A stretch of 63,915 bases of DNA, counting the filler, from Squatina squatina (Eukaryota): assembly GCA_031763465.1 (NCBI GenBank). It is 4 parts of 4 records of this genome, joined end to end, with 100 filler letters (N's around TTAATTAATTAA, not from the genome) between each part and the next. Parts side by side here need not be neighbours in the genome. Positions count along the whole stretch, not along the records: positions 1 to 13,809 come from JARFOE010000189.1; 3 more parts are not named here. One strand, given 5' to 3'. The notes under the pieces are model-generated. The model was given only the letters and a program-made list of their open reading frames with translations. It did no database searches and was not told where the DNA came from. A program made the translations under genes and the position numbers. Shown here piece by piece: positions 1 to 12,919 of the stretch. Numbering within the stretch: the first letter of the stretch is position 1; each line of letters begins with the position of its first letter.

Positions 1-612
1 ACACGGTTCTGAACTTGCAAAACCTGATGTTCAAGCTGTTTTGTAGCCTCAATACTTGAAAATAAGTGAGTCTGTAAGGCAAAAACAAAACAGGCAGAAA
101 GCTAAACAAGCAAGTTCGGAAAAAAACTTGGAATTCGACCACTGGAATCAATTACTGATACCAAGGCAATGTTCCACCAATGACAATATTATATCAGTCC
201 TGCAACAAATGTGGAGTATCTAGAACACATGAGCATTGTCTCTGTTGCAGGCAGCAACAGTTTTATAATCTTTTGTCTGAATAGATGCATGTAATGGAAA
301 ATCACTGTTGGATACTCATGGTAAAATCTTAAGTGATGTCTTGAAATCAATTTTGGACCATTTCATGCTTCCAGTAGCTGATACAAAATGCAATGACCTT
401 TTACTGAACCCCTATAAGTTTCTCCACTAAGTTACTCATGAAATAAAATGCATTGGGCTCTTTACTCTTCCTACTGCTGCTGGTGGGTGGTGCTCAGCAC
501 ATTGTGACTTGAATTTTGTTTTGCTGTGGTTGGGGAAATTGTTTTATGAATAGAATTTTTTCTGGTGGACTGTGCTTGTGGGGAAGATTGAAATCGTCGA
601 GGAATATTTTCA

Positions 613-1740
613 GGGTGAAATTTTGTTGCTCCCCGTTTGGGGGCGGTAACACCCAGGAGGCGGGACATTCTGCACCAAGCGCACAAGTCCCGCCCCACTC
701 GAAAAATTCAGGTTATCGTCTCCGAAAGGAAGTGGAGCTCCACTTCCTTTCTGAGATGGTAGTGCAGTGGACGGGTCGGGAGCGTGACGCAATGCTATGC
801 ACTGGGCTGCGTAGCGCTGCCGTTTTGGCAAGGGTCCAAGCTGCAAATTCTGCAGATAAGTAACGGGCCTCCTTGGGGAGCAGGGGTGCCATGCCAACAT
901 CCTGGCACTCAAGCAGAGTGTTGGGCTGAACAATCGCTGCACAGATTCTGCAATCGCGGCGCCAACGGGATGCCGAAGAAAAGCATTTTGTTTAAACGTG
1001 GCTGCCACCTCCCCTTTAAGTAGCGCCCCGCGAGTGACCTGTAGCCTAGTACACATCCACTGAAGCTGGCATCAGCATCGCCTGGCGCAGCTCCCCAGTT
1101 TTCGTTCCATAGCAAAAACGAGGCGCTGCACACAGAGATGACATTGTCAATGCAGGTGCAGCAGAGCAGGACGTTCTGGATTACCGCCACCGCTAAACTC
1201 CGCCTGTCCCGTGACGCCACTGGCGTTGGCAATGACAGGTTTCCCCGGTCGTTGCCAAGGGCCATTAAAGGCATGTGTCCTGCACCGGTGGCCGCCATCT
1301 TTAAACCTCGGCCAACTTTGTTGTCGGCCAATGTTTGGTGGCCAATCGCACGTCCAGAAGCCTTGACCCCTTTGCCAGCATGCTCTCTGGTGTGCCAGCA
1401 CATTTTCCCGCCGGCTCAGGGGTCCCTGGTGGTCCAGTGGCCCTGGATCCCTATCCCAGCGGCCCTTGCCTTTAAGGCAGGGAGCGAGGTCGCTGCATGC
1501 ACAGGCACAGTTGCCCCGGCAGCCACGCTGCTGGCGTAATCCGGCAGTGGCACGGCATTGGCTGGGTCACCGCCAGGTCAGCGTCATGGCAACATTTAGC
1601 ATTGCCACATTACGCTGAACCCGAAACGGTGACTAAGTCACCAAGGCCGTGTCCCAGTGCCTCGCTGGTGGCGCAATGCACTTCTGGCTGTGGGGTCCTG
1701 AATGCTGCAGCCCATTTGGGCGCAGTCAAATTGGGGCCCC
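613..1740. mobile_element. GC-rich non-autonomous DNA transposon (Harbinger-like MITE), possibly composite
   Basis: GC-rich island in AT-rich flanks. It starts GGGTGAAATTTT and ends AAATTGGGGCCC. The right ~480 bp aligns by eye with 62590-63071. Confidence 0.55.
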
Positions 1741-2354
1741 TAGAAATGTTATTATAAAGATATATAATTGGCTTGATTATTTTCTTCTGGCCTTTTGTCT
1801 GTCTTGGGCTTACAACTTCCCTGGTTAAAAAAGATGGTTGATTTATATGCCTTGTGAAATCTCATCAATAAAAAGCTTAAATGTTGAGGAAATGCAGATG
1901 CATTTGAGGGGTTCAAGTTCACAAGACATTAAAAGCACTTAAGTTATTAATTTCTTATTTTTCTTCCTGAATTTTTAGAGTGGTTTTGGCCCATGAACGT
2001 TGCATCAACACCTATGTAGTGCCACTTTTCATAGAACTATTTTTGATAATGTGCAGGAATTTACTCTCAACTAAGTTTCACATGGAAATGATCATGCTAA
2101 GCTAGAGACATAATAAATGTTGAAATTTACTTTAAAACCAACTGGATTCATTCCACACTAAAACAGAAAACGCAACTATCCCATCACGTAACCTTCATTA
2201 AATTTTCAAAGATGTTAAACACTAGCCACAAACACCAGTATCATAGGTCCTCACCTATCATCTTCCAACAGCTTCATGCTGCTGTTTCCATAGCAACCAC
2301 ACAACAAACCAATCACAACTTAAAGTAGAGCATGAAGTAATCACAATAAAAAAA

Positions 2355-2727
2355 ACATATTCTTACAGGGATCGACAGGGTAGATGTAGAGAGATGTTTC
2401 CCCTGGCTGGGGTGGGCTCCAGAACCAGGGGACACAGTCTCCGAATAAGGAATTGGCCATTTAGGACTGAGGTGAGGAGAAATTTCTTCACTCAGAGGGT
2501 GGTGAATCTTTGGAATTCTCTACCCCAGAGGGCTGTGGAGGCTCAGTCATTGAGTATGTTCAAGAAAGAGATGGATAGATTTCTAGATATTAAAGGCATC
2601 AATGGATATGGGGATACGGCAGGAAAATGGCACTGAGGTAGAGGATCAGCCGTGATCTTGGTGAATGGTGGAGCAGGCTGGAGGGGCCGAAGGGCCTACT
2701 CCTGCTCCTATTTCTTATGTTCTTATG
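2355..2727 (+). mobile_element. CR1 LINE 3' end (ORF2 C-terminus plus 3' UTR)
   Basis: Peptide TRGHSLRI...FRTEVRRNFFTQRVVNLWNSLPQRAVEA, followed by the GATCAGCC...GGCCTACTCCTGCTCCTATTTCTTATGTTCTTATG tail. Confidence 0.9.
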
Positions 2728-5700
2728 CTTTTATGTTATATACAATACAGCATTAACCAAAAAGAGATTTACCAGAAACTGAAAATAGGCAAATGGCTGC
2801 AACAGCAGTTGGTCACCCAGCAGAACAACGAAAAAATAATCTCCAATGGAAACCAGACACTAAATGGAACAATTGGAAGCATAATATTCAGCAGCAATCA
2901 GTCAACTAACAATAACTCTTTGGCAGTAAATGTATAAAAGGACAATACCATATTAAATTGCACATCACACTAACCAGTGGCACAGAAGAGATGCAATGGC
3001 CGGCATTTGAGGTCAGCGATGAAATGAAGGCATTTGCTGCTGGCCCCGGAGTACGTTTGGCACAAGGATCTTGCGATGCCTGTTTCAAGAACTTTGATTT
3101 TTGACATTCAATTCAAATCAACGAAGAGTAGTACGGATCCCTTTTATGCGAACTGCTGTGATGTCAACAAGTTGTCTAAGCAGCTAATCAAAATGCAGGA
3201 TTCTCACAGACAGCTAACAAGGAAGTGAGCAAGCTCTTAAAATTCTAAGGGGCTGAAATTCATAATGCCCCTCTGGGGCGTTTACAGGGTGGGAGCCAGC
3301 ATTTCCTGCACCAGCTCCTGCCCTGCCCACCGCAGAATTTGTCGTTCCGGGGTAGGAGTGAGGNNNNNNNNNNNNNNNNNNNNNNNNNNNNNNNNNNNNN
3401 NNNNNNNNNNNNNNNNNNNNNNNNNNNNNNNNNNNNNNNNNNNNNNNNNNNNNNNNNNNNNNNNNNNNNNNNNNNNNNNNNNNNNNNNNNNNNNNNNNNN
3501 NNNNNNNNNNNNNNNNNNNNNNNNNNNNNNNNNNNNNNNNNNNNNNNNNNNNNNNNNNNNNNNNNNNNNNNNNNNNNNNNNNNNNNNNNNNNNNNNNNNN
3601 NNNNNNNNNNNNNNNNNNNNNNNNNNNNNNNNNNNNNNNNNNNNNNNNNNNNNNNNNNNNNNNNNNNNNNNNNNNNNNNNNNNNNNNNNNNNNNNNNNNN
3701 NNNNNNNNNNNNNNNNNNNNNNNNNNNNNNNNNNNNNNNNNNNNNNNNNNNNNNNNNNNNNNNNNNNNNNNNNNNNNNNNNNNNNNNNNNNNNNNNNNNN
3801 NNNNNNNNNNNNNNNNNNNNNNNNNNNNNNNNNNNNNNNNNNNNNNNNNNNNNNNNNNNNNNNNNNNNNNNNNNNNNNNNNNNNNNNNNNNNNNNNNNNN
3901 NNNNNNNNNNNNNNNNNNNNNNNNNNNNNNNNNNNNNNNNNNNNNNNNNNNNNNNNNNNNNNNNNNNNNNNNNNNNNNNNNNNNNNNNNNNNNNNNNNNN
4001 NNNNNNNNNNNNNNNNNNNNNNNNNNNNNNNNNNNNNNNNNNNNNTTCTTCATGACAGATAAATTTGCTCTAACAGAAACTTTAGCTTTCTTGTTAGTTG
4101 TCATTACTTTGCTTCCCTGCCAATCTCTATTGAGGCCTGGGGCCAGATTTCAAGAGGAATCTCTACAAACCACATTAAAGTCAATAGCAAGCTGTAACAA
4201 ACAGCATGTTTCCACAGGTTATTACTGTCATATTTTGTGCTAAGTCATTTTTAACATTTATACGGACTACATCTACACATTAAAAATAAACAATGAAAGC
4301 ATAGTGATTGACCTTTTCAATAATGCATGAATGTTTGCAAATTCATTTTAGAGGGTTTCCTTTCAACTGATACTTACAAATAAAAGCCAGAATAACACAG
4401 CACTACACAGCACAGCAGGTTAGTGTATAAATAATGAACAATCTATAATAAGTAAACAAATTGGTGGTTTGTGTCGCATTGACCAGTGCTAATCACATGA
4501 CCCATCAAATGGTCACGGTGCTTTTGGCCAATCTCATTGGTCAATGCTAATCACATTCTGTACACGTATCTTTTCAGTTATCTTGCTGGCAGCTCAGCAC
4601 CTCACTGATCTGATTGTTCCATGTTTCACTAACAGGGCTCTGGATTAATTTTTGCACAGCAAGAGAACTCAAACTTGGCTGGAGCTACACTTACCAAAGG
4701 GTTAGTAAGCCTGGGGTCTGCAGTCCAAATGGACCTCTAAGAATTATATCAATAGATTATATTAACAATCACTTAATATTAAAATGATTTAATACTTCAG
4801 TAGCTTAATGACAGATTAATATTGTTTTATTTGTTCATACACTTAAATCAAGTGATATTTGAGTAACCCTGGCATAGAGGCTTATGCACATTTAATAAGC
4901 AGTTCAATNNNNNNNNNNNNNNNNNNNNNNNNNNNNNNNNNNNNNNNNNNNNNNNNNNNNNNNNNNNNNNNNNNNNNNNNNNNNNNNNNNNNNNNNNNNN
5001 NNNNNNNNGCTTGTGCTCATCAAGAAAATGAAGGGGTAAGTCTCCAATTTTATGCTCCTGGTGTGTTGCCTTGCCCGACAGAAGCGCGAGTGGGAACTCA
5101 GGTAACTTGCTGTGCACAATTTCCAACTATAATGGTCAGGAAATCATATTCATATTTTCCCATATAGCGTGCTAGCTGGTAAGTAGCACAATGTTGGAAA
5201 ATTATTCCTCAGTTTCAATATCAAAGGCTATATAGGTCATATATAGAAAAGGTGCATAACAACGCTTTGCTTTCCAATTCTCCAAAGACTATGCTTTCAG
5301 GACCCGTATGGATTTTTCCATTTGTCAACCAGGCTCCTCTGAGTGAAGTTGCTAATTTAGTACCAATTAGTCACAAATTACATACAGTTATGTACTGTGG
5401 GTCTGTAACCACTAGGAAGTAGATTGCAAATGCCCAAATTATTTCATGTAGAACCCTTACAACTGGTAGAAAGGTGATGTTAATCCCATCAGTCTCAAAT
5501 ATATTTCAACCTGTTTCAGAGCTAAAAGATAGCATGCAATCCCACTATGCCATCCAGAACTCCTGAAAAACGGATAAATTCACTGATCCTATGCTCCCTA
5601 GAAACTCTGTTCTTCTCTATGATGCAAATGGGACACTCAGAGTTTATCTCACTTGTGAACTTGATATTTTGTCCTCCAACATGTGGAATAAATTGCACCT

Positions 5701-6023
5701 TCAATGGATTGTCATCGAGCATCTGTATAAATCATTGTTGATAAATGTTCAGTGCACTGCTGAAATGCTTTTACACTAATGAGATACACAGATGCATTAC
5801 ACCTGCTGCCTTACAACTGCACTTTTGCAAGAGTAGGACAACATACAATATCAATCATGTGGCACTCTTCAAAATTAATTATTCATATTCTTTTATTTTA
5901 TTTAAAAAAATCTAAATCACATTATTTCAGCAACTGCATAGCTTTACCAAAAATTAGGAAACATTGAACAAAGTTAAAAGTTCTCTTTACCTTGAATACT
6001 AGAATTAAATGTACAATACCCAC

Positions 6024-6121
6024 CTTGCTTGCTGCTTTAAATGCCTTTCTGTTCCCAATAGTTTGTGTGAAATTTGTTGACAATGAGCTTTTCTTCTTCA
6101 TTTCCATGGGGTACTGGAAGC
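6024..6121 (-). CDS. Putative internal exon of an uncharacterised coiled-coil protein gene
   Basis: AG|GC TTC CAG ... AGC AAG|GTGGGT, 98 bp. It encodes (G)FQYPMEMKKKSSLSTNFTQTIGNRKAFKAASK and its phase fits the exon at 8284-8441. The acceptor lies next to an N gap. Confidence 0.45.
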
Positions 6122-8283
6122 CTTTNNNNNNNNNNNNNNNNNNNNNNNNNNNNNNNNNNNNNNNNNNNNNNNNNNNNNNNNNNNNNNNNNNNNNNNNNNN
6201 NNNNNNNNNNNNNNNNNNNNNNNNNATGTATAAGTTATTTCCTCTAATCAACGCAGATTTAAATATTTTTGTCTGGAGTCTACATTTGCAACAGAATCAT
6301 ATAGATTTTAAAACATTTCTTTCAATTTTGCCAAGCGGATTATCTTTATAGAAGAGTCGAGAATGCACCAGTTTTCACAAACTGATAAAACTCCCATATC
6401 AAAAAAAGTAAAATTGGCATTTATTTGTTAACACTAAAAAAGCACCTAAAATTGATTCATTAAATATAATTCTTTCATAATTTGTATGATTTACTTGTAA
6501 TAATATTGGATTATGTTTCTGAGTTTCCTCAAAATAGTAGAAAGAGCAAATTACCTCACAGCTGTCACCAGAGTTACTGGTGGACAATCCATGTGTGTTT
6601 GCATTGAACCAGCCAAAGTCTAGTGAGGTAAATAAAGTTCAAATATTTGCTCTGGTTTTCACTTTTACTTTTGACAGACTGCACCAAAAACAACAACAAT
6701 TAGTACAACTGGCAAAAAATACAGCCAACTGAACAGAAAATTGGTAAAAATAAACTGAAAATGAGAGCAGCTAAAATCTTTATAACTTACAATTATACTT
6801 AATTTGGTGTGTCACATAGAATGCATAAATTATTTAAAAGTGTCTAAAATCATATTTTATCCACTTTTTTCTTCACCAATTATTAATAAAATATTTATCA
6901 TTCCATCTAAATATACTAGCTTGATGTATCGATGAAACAAAAAACATTTTCATCTTTCCAACTGCATAAAATATAGTTATTACAAAGATTGCAGAAGACT
7001 GAGATCTGTAGCAGGTGCCCCTCCTCACTGCTAATTTTACAATCCCCATCACTTGCTTTGTTGAGATGATATTGGATTATAGATCCCTTTAAACTACAGT
7101 TGCAGTGTGTGACAGGAGAGTGTAGATATTAAAAATATTGCTTTTATTTACATCAGCTTTACCTAAAGAAGAATTAAGGAAGACACATTATGGGTGAGCA
7201 ATTAAAATGATGCTGCAGTATCACACTCATACCCCAAGATATTTCAGGTGGAAATCCCACCAAAATTGACTCTCCAATCTCCCTCCGCCCCCAGTCTCTT
7301 TAAAAAAAAAAAGTAAGTATAAAGTTTTGGAATTAAAACTGAAAATCAGACAGTTTAATGTGAAGAAATAGATGAAACCAAGTTTATTTCTATTAGTTTC
7401 AGAACTCAATGGAGAACAACCACCACTTGAAGGAGTTGCTTCTATTTGCTAAGCTGGCTGTCTGCCACTATGACAAGTGTGTGCAGTTATGTTCCAAATT
7501 GCATCTAACGATATTGGCAGCAGTAATATTTGAACCAGAGCAAATCAAACAAGGACAATAAAAACTGTGTGCAATAAAAATTGCTGTTTGTTATTAAACC
7601 TGATCTTTAACTTTTTAGCTGAACTGCAATATAACCAGACCATCCAATGGAGTGGCAGGATCAATAATGAGGGCAAGTACCTATTAACATCACTAAATAT
7701 CCATCAAAACCCAAGAGCATAGGAGCCAGACCAGATTTTAGTTCTGCAATTTTACATAATATGGAGTGCAGAACACCAAGCAGAAAACAGTTCATTAATC
7801 AGTAGCTAGAAACATTACTTGAAGGAGTACAAGGAAGACAGGCTACAATTTGTGGAACAGATGGCCACTCCCTCCTCCTGTGCCTGGTACGGCAGTCATG
7901 GGGGATGGGATTGCTGAATGAATCAATACTGATGTCCACAACCTGAATGAGGTGAAAAAGTAGATGGTTGACCTGAAGAAACCTGCTAATTACACACTTA
8001 ATATGCCATAAGTGGATAAGCAAGACAGTCAGCCCTTCCTAACTTCTGATTGTTTCCTGCTTCCCCACGTAACCCCATATCAGGATATTAACTGGTGCAG
8101 NNNNNNNNNNNNNNNNNNNNNNNNNNNNNNNNNNNNNNNNNNNNNNNNNNNNNNNNNNNNNNNNNNNNNNNNNNNNNNNNNNNNNNNNNNNNNNNNNNNN
8201 CTTGTCTAATGTAAAAAGATAGTTAAGATTTTCCCTTTGATAAAAATCATTTTGACGGGGGTAAAAAAGGAGGCACGGTTTAC

Positions 8284-8441
8284 CCTCTCGAAGCTCTTCG
8301 TAGATCATCTTATACTGGCTTAGTGAGGCCACTTGACCCTTTGCAGCTTGCAGCATTGCCCTTAGGTCTGTGATGGTCAGTTCATAGCATCTGGCTTGCT
8401 TTGCAACCTCCTCTTGTAGATCTTGATGGTCCTGATGCAGC
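8284..8441 (-). CDS. Internal exon of an uncharacterised coiled-coil protein gene
   Basis: Acceptor ...atatttatcAG and donor G|GTAAAC bound 158 bp of open frame: LHQDHQDLQEEVAKQARCYELTITDLRAMLQAAKGQVASLSQYKMIYEELRE (heptad-like). Confidence 0.65.
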
Positions 8442-9379
8442 CTGATAAATATTAGGAATGAAACGGTTACATTTAGAGAACAATCACTGAATTCATGTCT
8501 TATAACATACTGTTTATTGTATGTTAGATATGTGTCTATTATCTCAAAAGTTTATTTTCACTCGATAAAATGTTATTGCTTCTGCTCCCAACAGGAGCTT
8601 CCTCAAAATGCCACTATGTCACATGTCCCAACAATCACATCCCAGAAAACGCCAGTGAAAGTTCCAAATCCCACTCACCAAATTCCAGTTTATCCAATCA
8701 CCCCTCACTATTTCAATCAGTCTGTTACGCTCTAACCCTTGTCATTTTCTTCTACTGTATGTCTCTTACTCTCTTCTCTCCCTTACTGTTACTGGCCTCT
8801 TCCTCAAGAATGTCTTCACTTCCCACATGTATAAGTGCTTCTTAACCACTTCATTCTGTAGCCAACACCAAAATTAATACGATTACAACTAGTGTCGGAG
8901 GATTGCTAACACCTCAGATCTGTGTAAATCTACCCTTTTACTGCTGACATGACTGATATGAAACAGCTCTCAGCATTGTTTTGTTTATTATTTGTTGGTG
9001 AAACTTTAACCAAAAAAACAATATAATTCAAATGAACATTTATTTTCTTCCATTCTCTTGAACTGGGCTGACTTGTGCTGGACACCAAGACTTCATGACA
9101 TTTGCATGTATGAGCTTAGGGCCTCATTGCTTGGCAGGGGAGGACAACAACCAAACATAGAAATAAATCACACTGCAGTCAAACTGTGCATGGTCCTCAA
9201 ACAAATGCATGCCCTTTGAGGAGGGGAGTCAGCAAACCATTACTTTCCAACAGTTCTCTTTCCTGACTCAGAAGAATTAACAGGCCCCCCCACCCCAAGC
9301 CTGCTCCACCATTCAGTAAGTTCATAGCTGATCCTCAACTCCACTTTACAGAAGCAAAATACTGCAATGTAGGGTTCTT

Positions 9380-9590
9380 GAATACAAACGCAAATGCTGG
9401 AAAAACTCAGGTCAAGCAGCATCCGGAGAGAAAAACGGGGTTAATGACTGTCAGAACTGAAAAAAGCCAGACAGTTTTAAAGCACTGGCAGGCAAAGGGG
9501 AACATGATTAATTGAAAGGCAATCAGGTGGTAATGGTAACATAACATCTAGATAAGTGGGGAGGGGAAAGAGAAAAATAGACCTGATTTA
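9380..9590 (-). mobile_element. Degraded Penelope-like or unclassified shark repeat fragment
   Basis: Minus strand reads ...GATGCTGCTTGACCTGAGTTTTTCCAGCATTTGCGTTTG, a motif I recall from a common chondrichthyan repeat. Weaker copies occur near 8900-8990 and 61080-61155. Confidence 0.35.
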
Positions 9591-10439
9591 AAATGATCAG
9601 GGGTTATGCTCTGAATATGTTGAACTCAATGTTAAGTCCNNNNNNNNNNNNNNNNNNNNNNNNNNNNNNNNNNNNNNNNNNNNNNNNNNNNNNNNNNNNN
9701 NNNNNNNNNNNNNNNNNNNNNNNNNNNNNNNNNNNNNNNCTTTTGCGATGTCTCCCCGGGTGCGTGGGGACATCGTTCCCACCCAGGGAGATCGTAATTT
9801 CAGGCCCAATATTTATAAACAGAAGAATGGCCTGAGCTTTAAGAGCTGGACTGCCAGGCTTTGGGTGGCTCCTGAGGCCCTAGGGCTGCAGGTTGGTCAC
9901 CCCTTGTTTTTTTTTAATTAAATGTGAGGCATAAAAACTGAGTTAGCTGATTGCATTGGGGTTGCTGAAAGTGCCTTGGTGTTCCTCGCTATGGGAAAGT
10001 GAAAGGAAATTAACAAGAATTCCTATGCATGTTCACCATCCAGTGACCTCTGCTAGAAAGTGTACATATGTGGACGTCAGATGAGGACAGGATTACCTCA
10101 GCTGTGATGTCCTGTGGAACTGTACCTCATCATGAGAAGAGGGAAGAAATTGAGAGCAAATTACAGGGAATATTAGGGTACAAATTTATTCAGTGATTCA
10201 ATTGCACGTTGCCTCAAGACAGTTTGATCTCTGGATTGAGTCTGAACTGAGATTTTACTTAGAAAATTTATTATTGTATTTTCAAGAGTACAGGTATTGC
10301 ATGTCTTACAGGAAGGGTAGATTAAGATTTCTAGTATGGTTGTGTTTGTACTGAGAGCAATTCAGGTTTGAGGCTTGAGACTCTTTGTTCTTGGCCTTGA
10401 GTGTTCAATTGGGTTCGATGAGTCACTAATTGAAGGCCC

Positions 10440-10680
10440 CATGTGTTTGTTCAGGTGGATTTAAAAAAACCCTTGCCATTATTCAAAATAATGCATGGGA
10501 AAATCTCCCGATGCCCTGCACAACATTTATCCCTCGAACAACACACCCAAAAGCAGGCTTACTGATCATTTATCTCATTTCTGTCTGTAGCACCACAGCA
10601 ACAGTGACTACACTTCAAAAGCATTTCATTGGCTGTAATTTCTTGAAGATATGAAAGACACTATATAAATGGAAATGTTT
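10440..10680 (+). mobile_element. Degraded Deu-domain SINE, 3' part
   Basis: Aligns by eye with 35130-35420 (ACAGTGACTACACTTCAAAA...CATTGGCTGTAA...TATATAAAT). Confidence 0.6.
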
Positions 10681-11529
10681 TAAGGTCACTATCTTTGACT
10701 GTCTTATTTTTCATCAAGAGTCACTTATTTGGCGAATNNNNNNNNNNTGACAAGTTCTTATCTACTTGTTCAATTATGTCCTTTTCCTGGATTCTAATAT
10801 TACTTAGTTGTCAAAAAAAGCTATTTACCTGTGTGACAGTTTTTCTTGACTTAGATTTCTGTCAGTGTAACTTATCTCAAAGGAACATTCTAGGTGTCAG
10901 GTCTAATACAGATAATACACTGCCCTGAGCTCAGTGTGTTTCTCCACGTTTACAAATGTGAACTGTGACTCTTCCGCTAAAATATTTTTCATATCTAGCA
11001 CCATGCTAAGGCAAACAGTGATGACATCTATTACCACAGTTGCTGGTTCTTTGATGTAACATCATTCGCTGGTGGTGTGCTCCCAAAGACCCAAGGGCAA
11101 ACTGTGCAAATATGCCATTCAAGCAAAATAATGGTGGTAGGAGCATGCGAAAAAAATCCAATGTAAAGCTCTCTGCAGACGGTGCTCCCCAACAGGAACA
11201 CAAACTCAAAATATTACCTCAGTACAAACTTTGACATTATCTCTGATGGCTGCCATGAGCACAATGATCATTCTTAAAAAGAGTCACTTTATTTCCAAAC
11301 ATTAATATTTTGAGCAGGCCCAATGGAGTGATTGAGAAAAGGCTATTTAATGTGTTCTTTTCAAAAATCTTCAAAGTATTGTCATCTAGGAATTCAGTGG
11401 AGATCTGAATGACAGCACCTCCAGATCCTGGAAAGACAATCTACCTCCCAATCCAACACTGATCATCTGCATGGGCTTCACTTCTAACTGATGAGGCAGC
11501 TTTATAGCTGGGGCTCTGACCTTGAGTTC

Positions 11530-12540
11530 ATACAGTGTGAGATTGATCACGTGCTACACTGCGATTGTGATTTTCCTCCAGTGGCCTCCAAGATGGGGTC
11601 TAAACGCCAGTTTAACCTGAGTTTAGAGCAATATGCCATCTTGGTAAAGGAGTTGAGGCTTGGGCTAGGAATGGTTGCTTGGAAGATCATTAAGCAGCTG
11701 ACTGCCACTTAAATTGACACTAGGCTGCACGGCATTTTGGTGGCTAGAATTTGACCCAACGCCCTCTTCTAACAGCGACCAGCTGATTGGGAGTAAACAC
11801 GTCATTGCAGAAGATTTTGAGCACTACTTAAAGATATATCACCTTTTATTGTTAACTAGCTGTTGGAGGTTAGAAGAGGTCTATTGAAACATTTCAGGAG
11901 ACTTTCTGGGACACTTTATCAAGATTCCACCAACACAGCTATTCTGGAAATTCCCTGAGGACTTAACCTAAAAAGAGTAAGTGCTGTACTATTCTACTTT
12001 ATTGGACAGCTTATAGGAGTCACCAGGGGAAAGGCATTGCTTTGTCAATGACATCTTGCTAGGTGTCCCCTTGGTCCGCAGAAGGAATGGGAAGAGGACA
12101 TGAGGCCAGGCAGAGCAGCATCAGCTGCTGCAGGAGGGCAAGGTGAACTCCTTCCCCCCGCACATGCAGGACACCCCTCCTCCTCTAGACCTCCTCCACT
12201 AGGACCTCCAGTGCTGTGTCCGAGAACCTGTGTGCCCTTTCCTTTGGTTCCTGAGCCATCCTGAAACATGTTGCTGTGTGTCATCCAGCACACTCCACAC
12301 CTCCAGTGGAGTGCGTGGAGTCCACGTACACTGCTCCACGGAAATTGTGTCTAATCAGCGCTTGAGTGCTAAACCTGCAGGTGTCTGCTTTAGCACCTCC
12401 AGGCATGTTCAAATTATGGTAATCAGCAATTAGGGCCAAATTTATGGGCTAAAACCAGACTTTCAAACAGGGTGTGTCTTATTAGCACAGCACCCATTTA
12501 GCATCTGTTTTCCCCTTTTCACCAAAATAACCCCCACTGT
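11530..12540. mobile_element. Decayed Harbinger-like DNA transposon remnants
   Basis: Nested palindrome CCAAGATGG..TCTAAAC..GTTTAGA..CCATCTTGG at ~11588-11643. GGG..AAATTT/AAAAT..CCC-type termini occur near 11750, 12432 and 12535. Confidence 0.35.
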
Positions 12541-12644
12541 GTTAAAATTATTAAGGTGAAAAATAAATCAATATTGATTTGAGGCTTGCACTGAATATTT
12601 ACTTAGTTGTAGAAATGGAATATTAATAACTTGCTTCTTCTTAC

Positions 12645-12806
12645 CGTAGAGCTCATCCCTGATGAGTTTCAGTACTCTGGTAAACATACCCAGTTGTGGC
12701 AAGAGGTCGTCTAAAACCTGAAACACCAAATTCATTCTATCCTCTGTTGGCTTTTTGAAGGACAGTTCCTTCTTGTCCTCAATCAGACGCACAAGATACT
12801 GATTAG
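12645..12806 (-). CDS. Internal exon of an uncharacterised protein gene (helix pair loosely like the C6orf118/TSNAXIP1 N-terminal domain)
   Basis: Acceptor ttttttcactatttgaacAG and donor G|GTAAGA bound a 162-bp symmetric phase-1 exon: NQYLVRLIEDKKELSFKKPTEDRMNLVFQVLDDLLPQLGMFTRVLKLIRDELY. Confidence 0.75.
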
Positions 12807-12919
12807 CTGTTCAAATAGTGAAAAAATAATGAATGGAACAGCACTCTCCGTAAAATTCAGGCAAGGTGCATTTATTCAATACGGTAACTTCCTTTGGATT
12901 GGATTGCTTCTTCTAAAAA

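Noticed and set aside
471-1757. Overlapping 75-164 aa ORFs here and at 62343-62986
   Set aside because: They are stop-poor frames in a GC-rich non-autonomous element, with no recognisable protein motif and no frame conserved between the copies.
2978-3230. Possible plus-strand exon ending AA|GTGAGC
   Set aside because: No frame is open from the nearest acceptor to the donor, and the peptide is not recognisable.
3214-4104. Long ORFs spanning N runs (also at many other gaps)
   Set aside because: Their length comes from X codons in assembly gaps.
5009-5722. Further exons of the coiled-coil gene (MLDDNPLKV..., LEIVHSKLPE...) and a plus-strand GTAAGT donor at ~5037
   Set aside because: Acceptor-like AGs exist, but there are no convincing donors or protein features. 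The evidence is too weak without homology.
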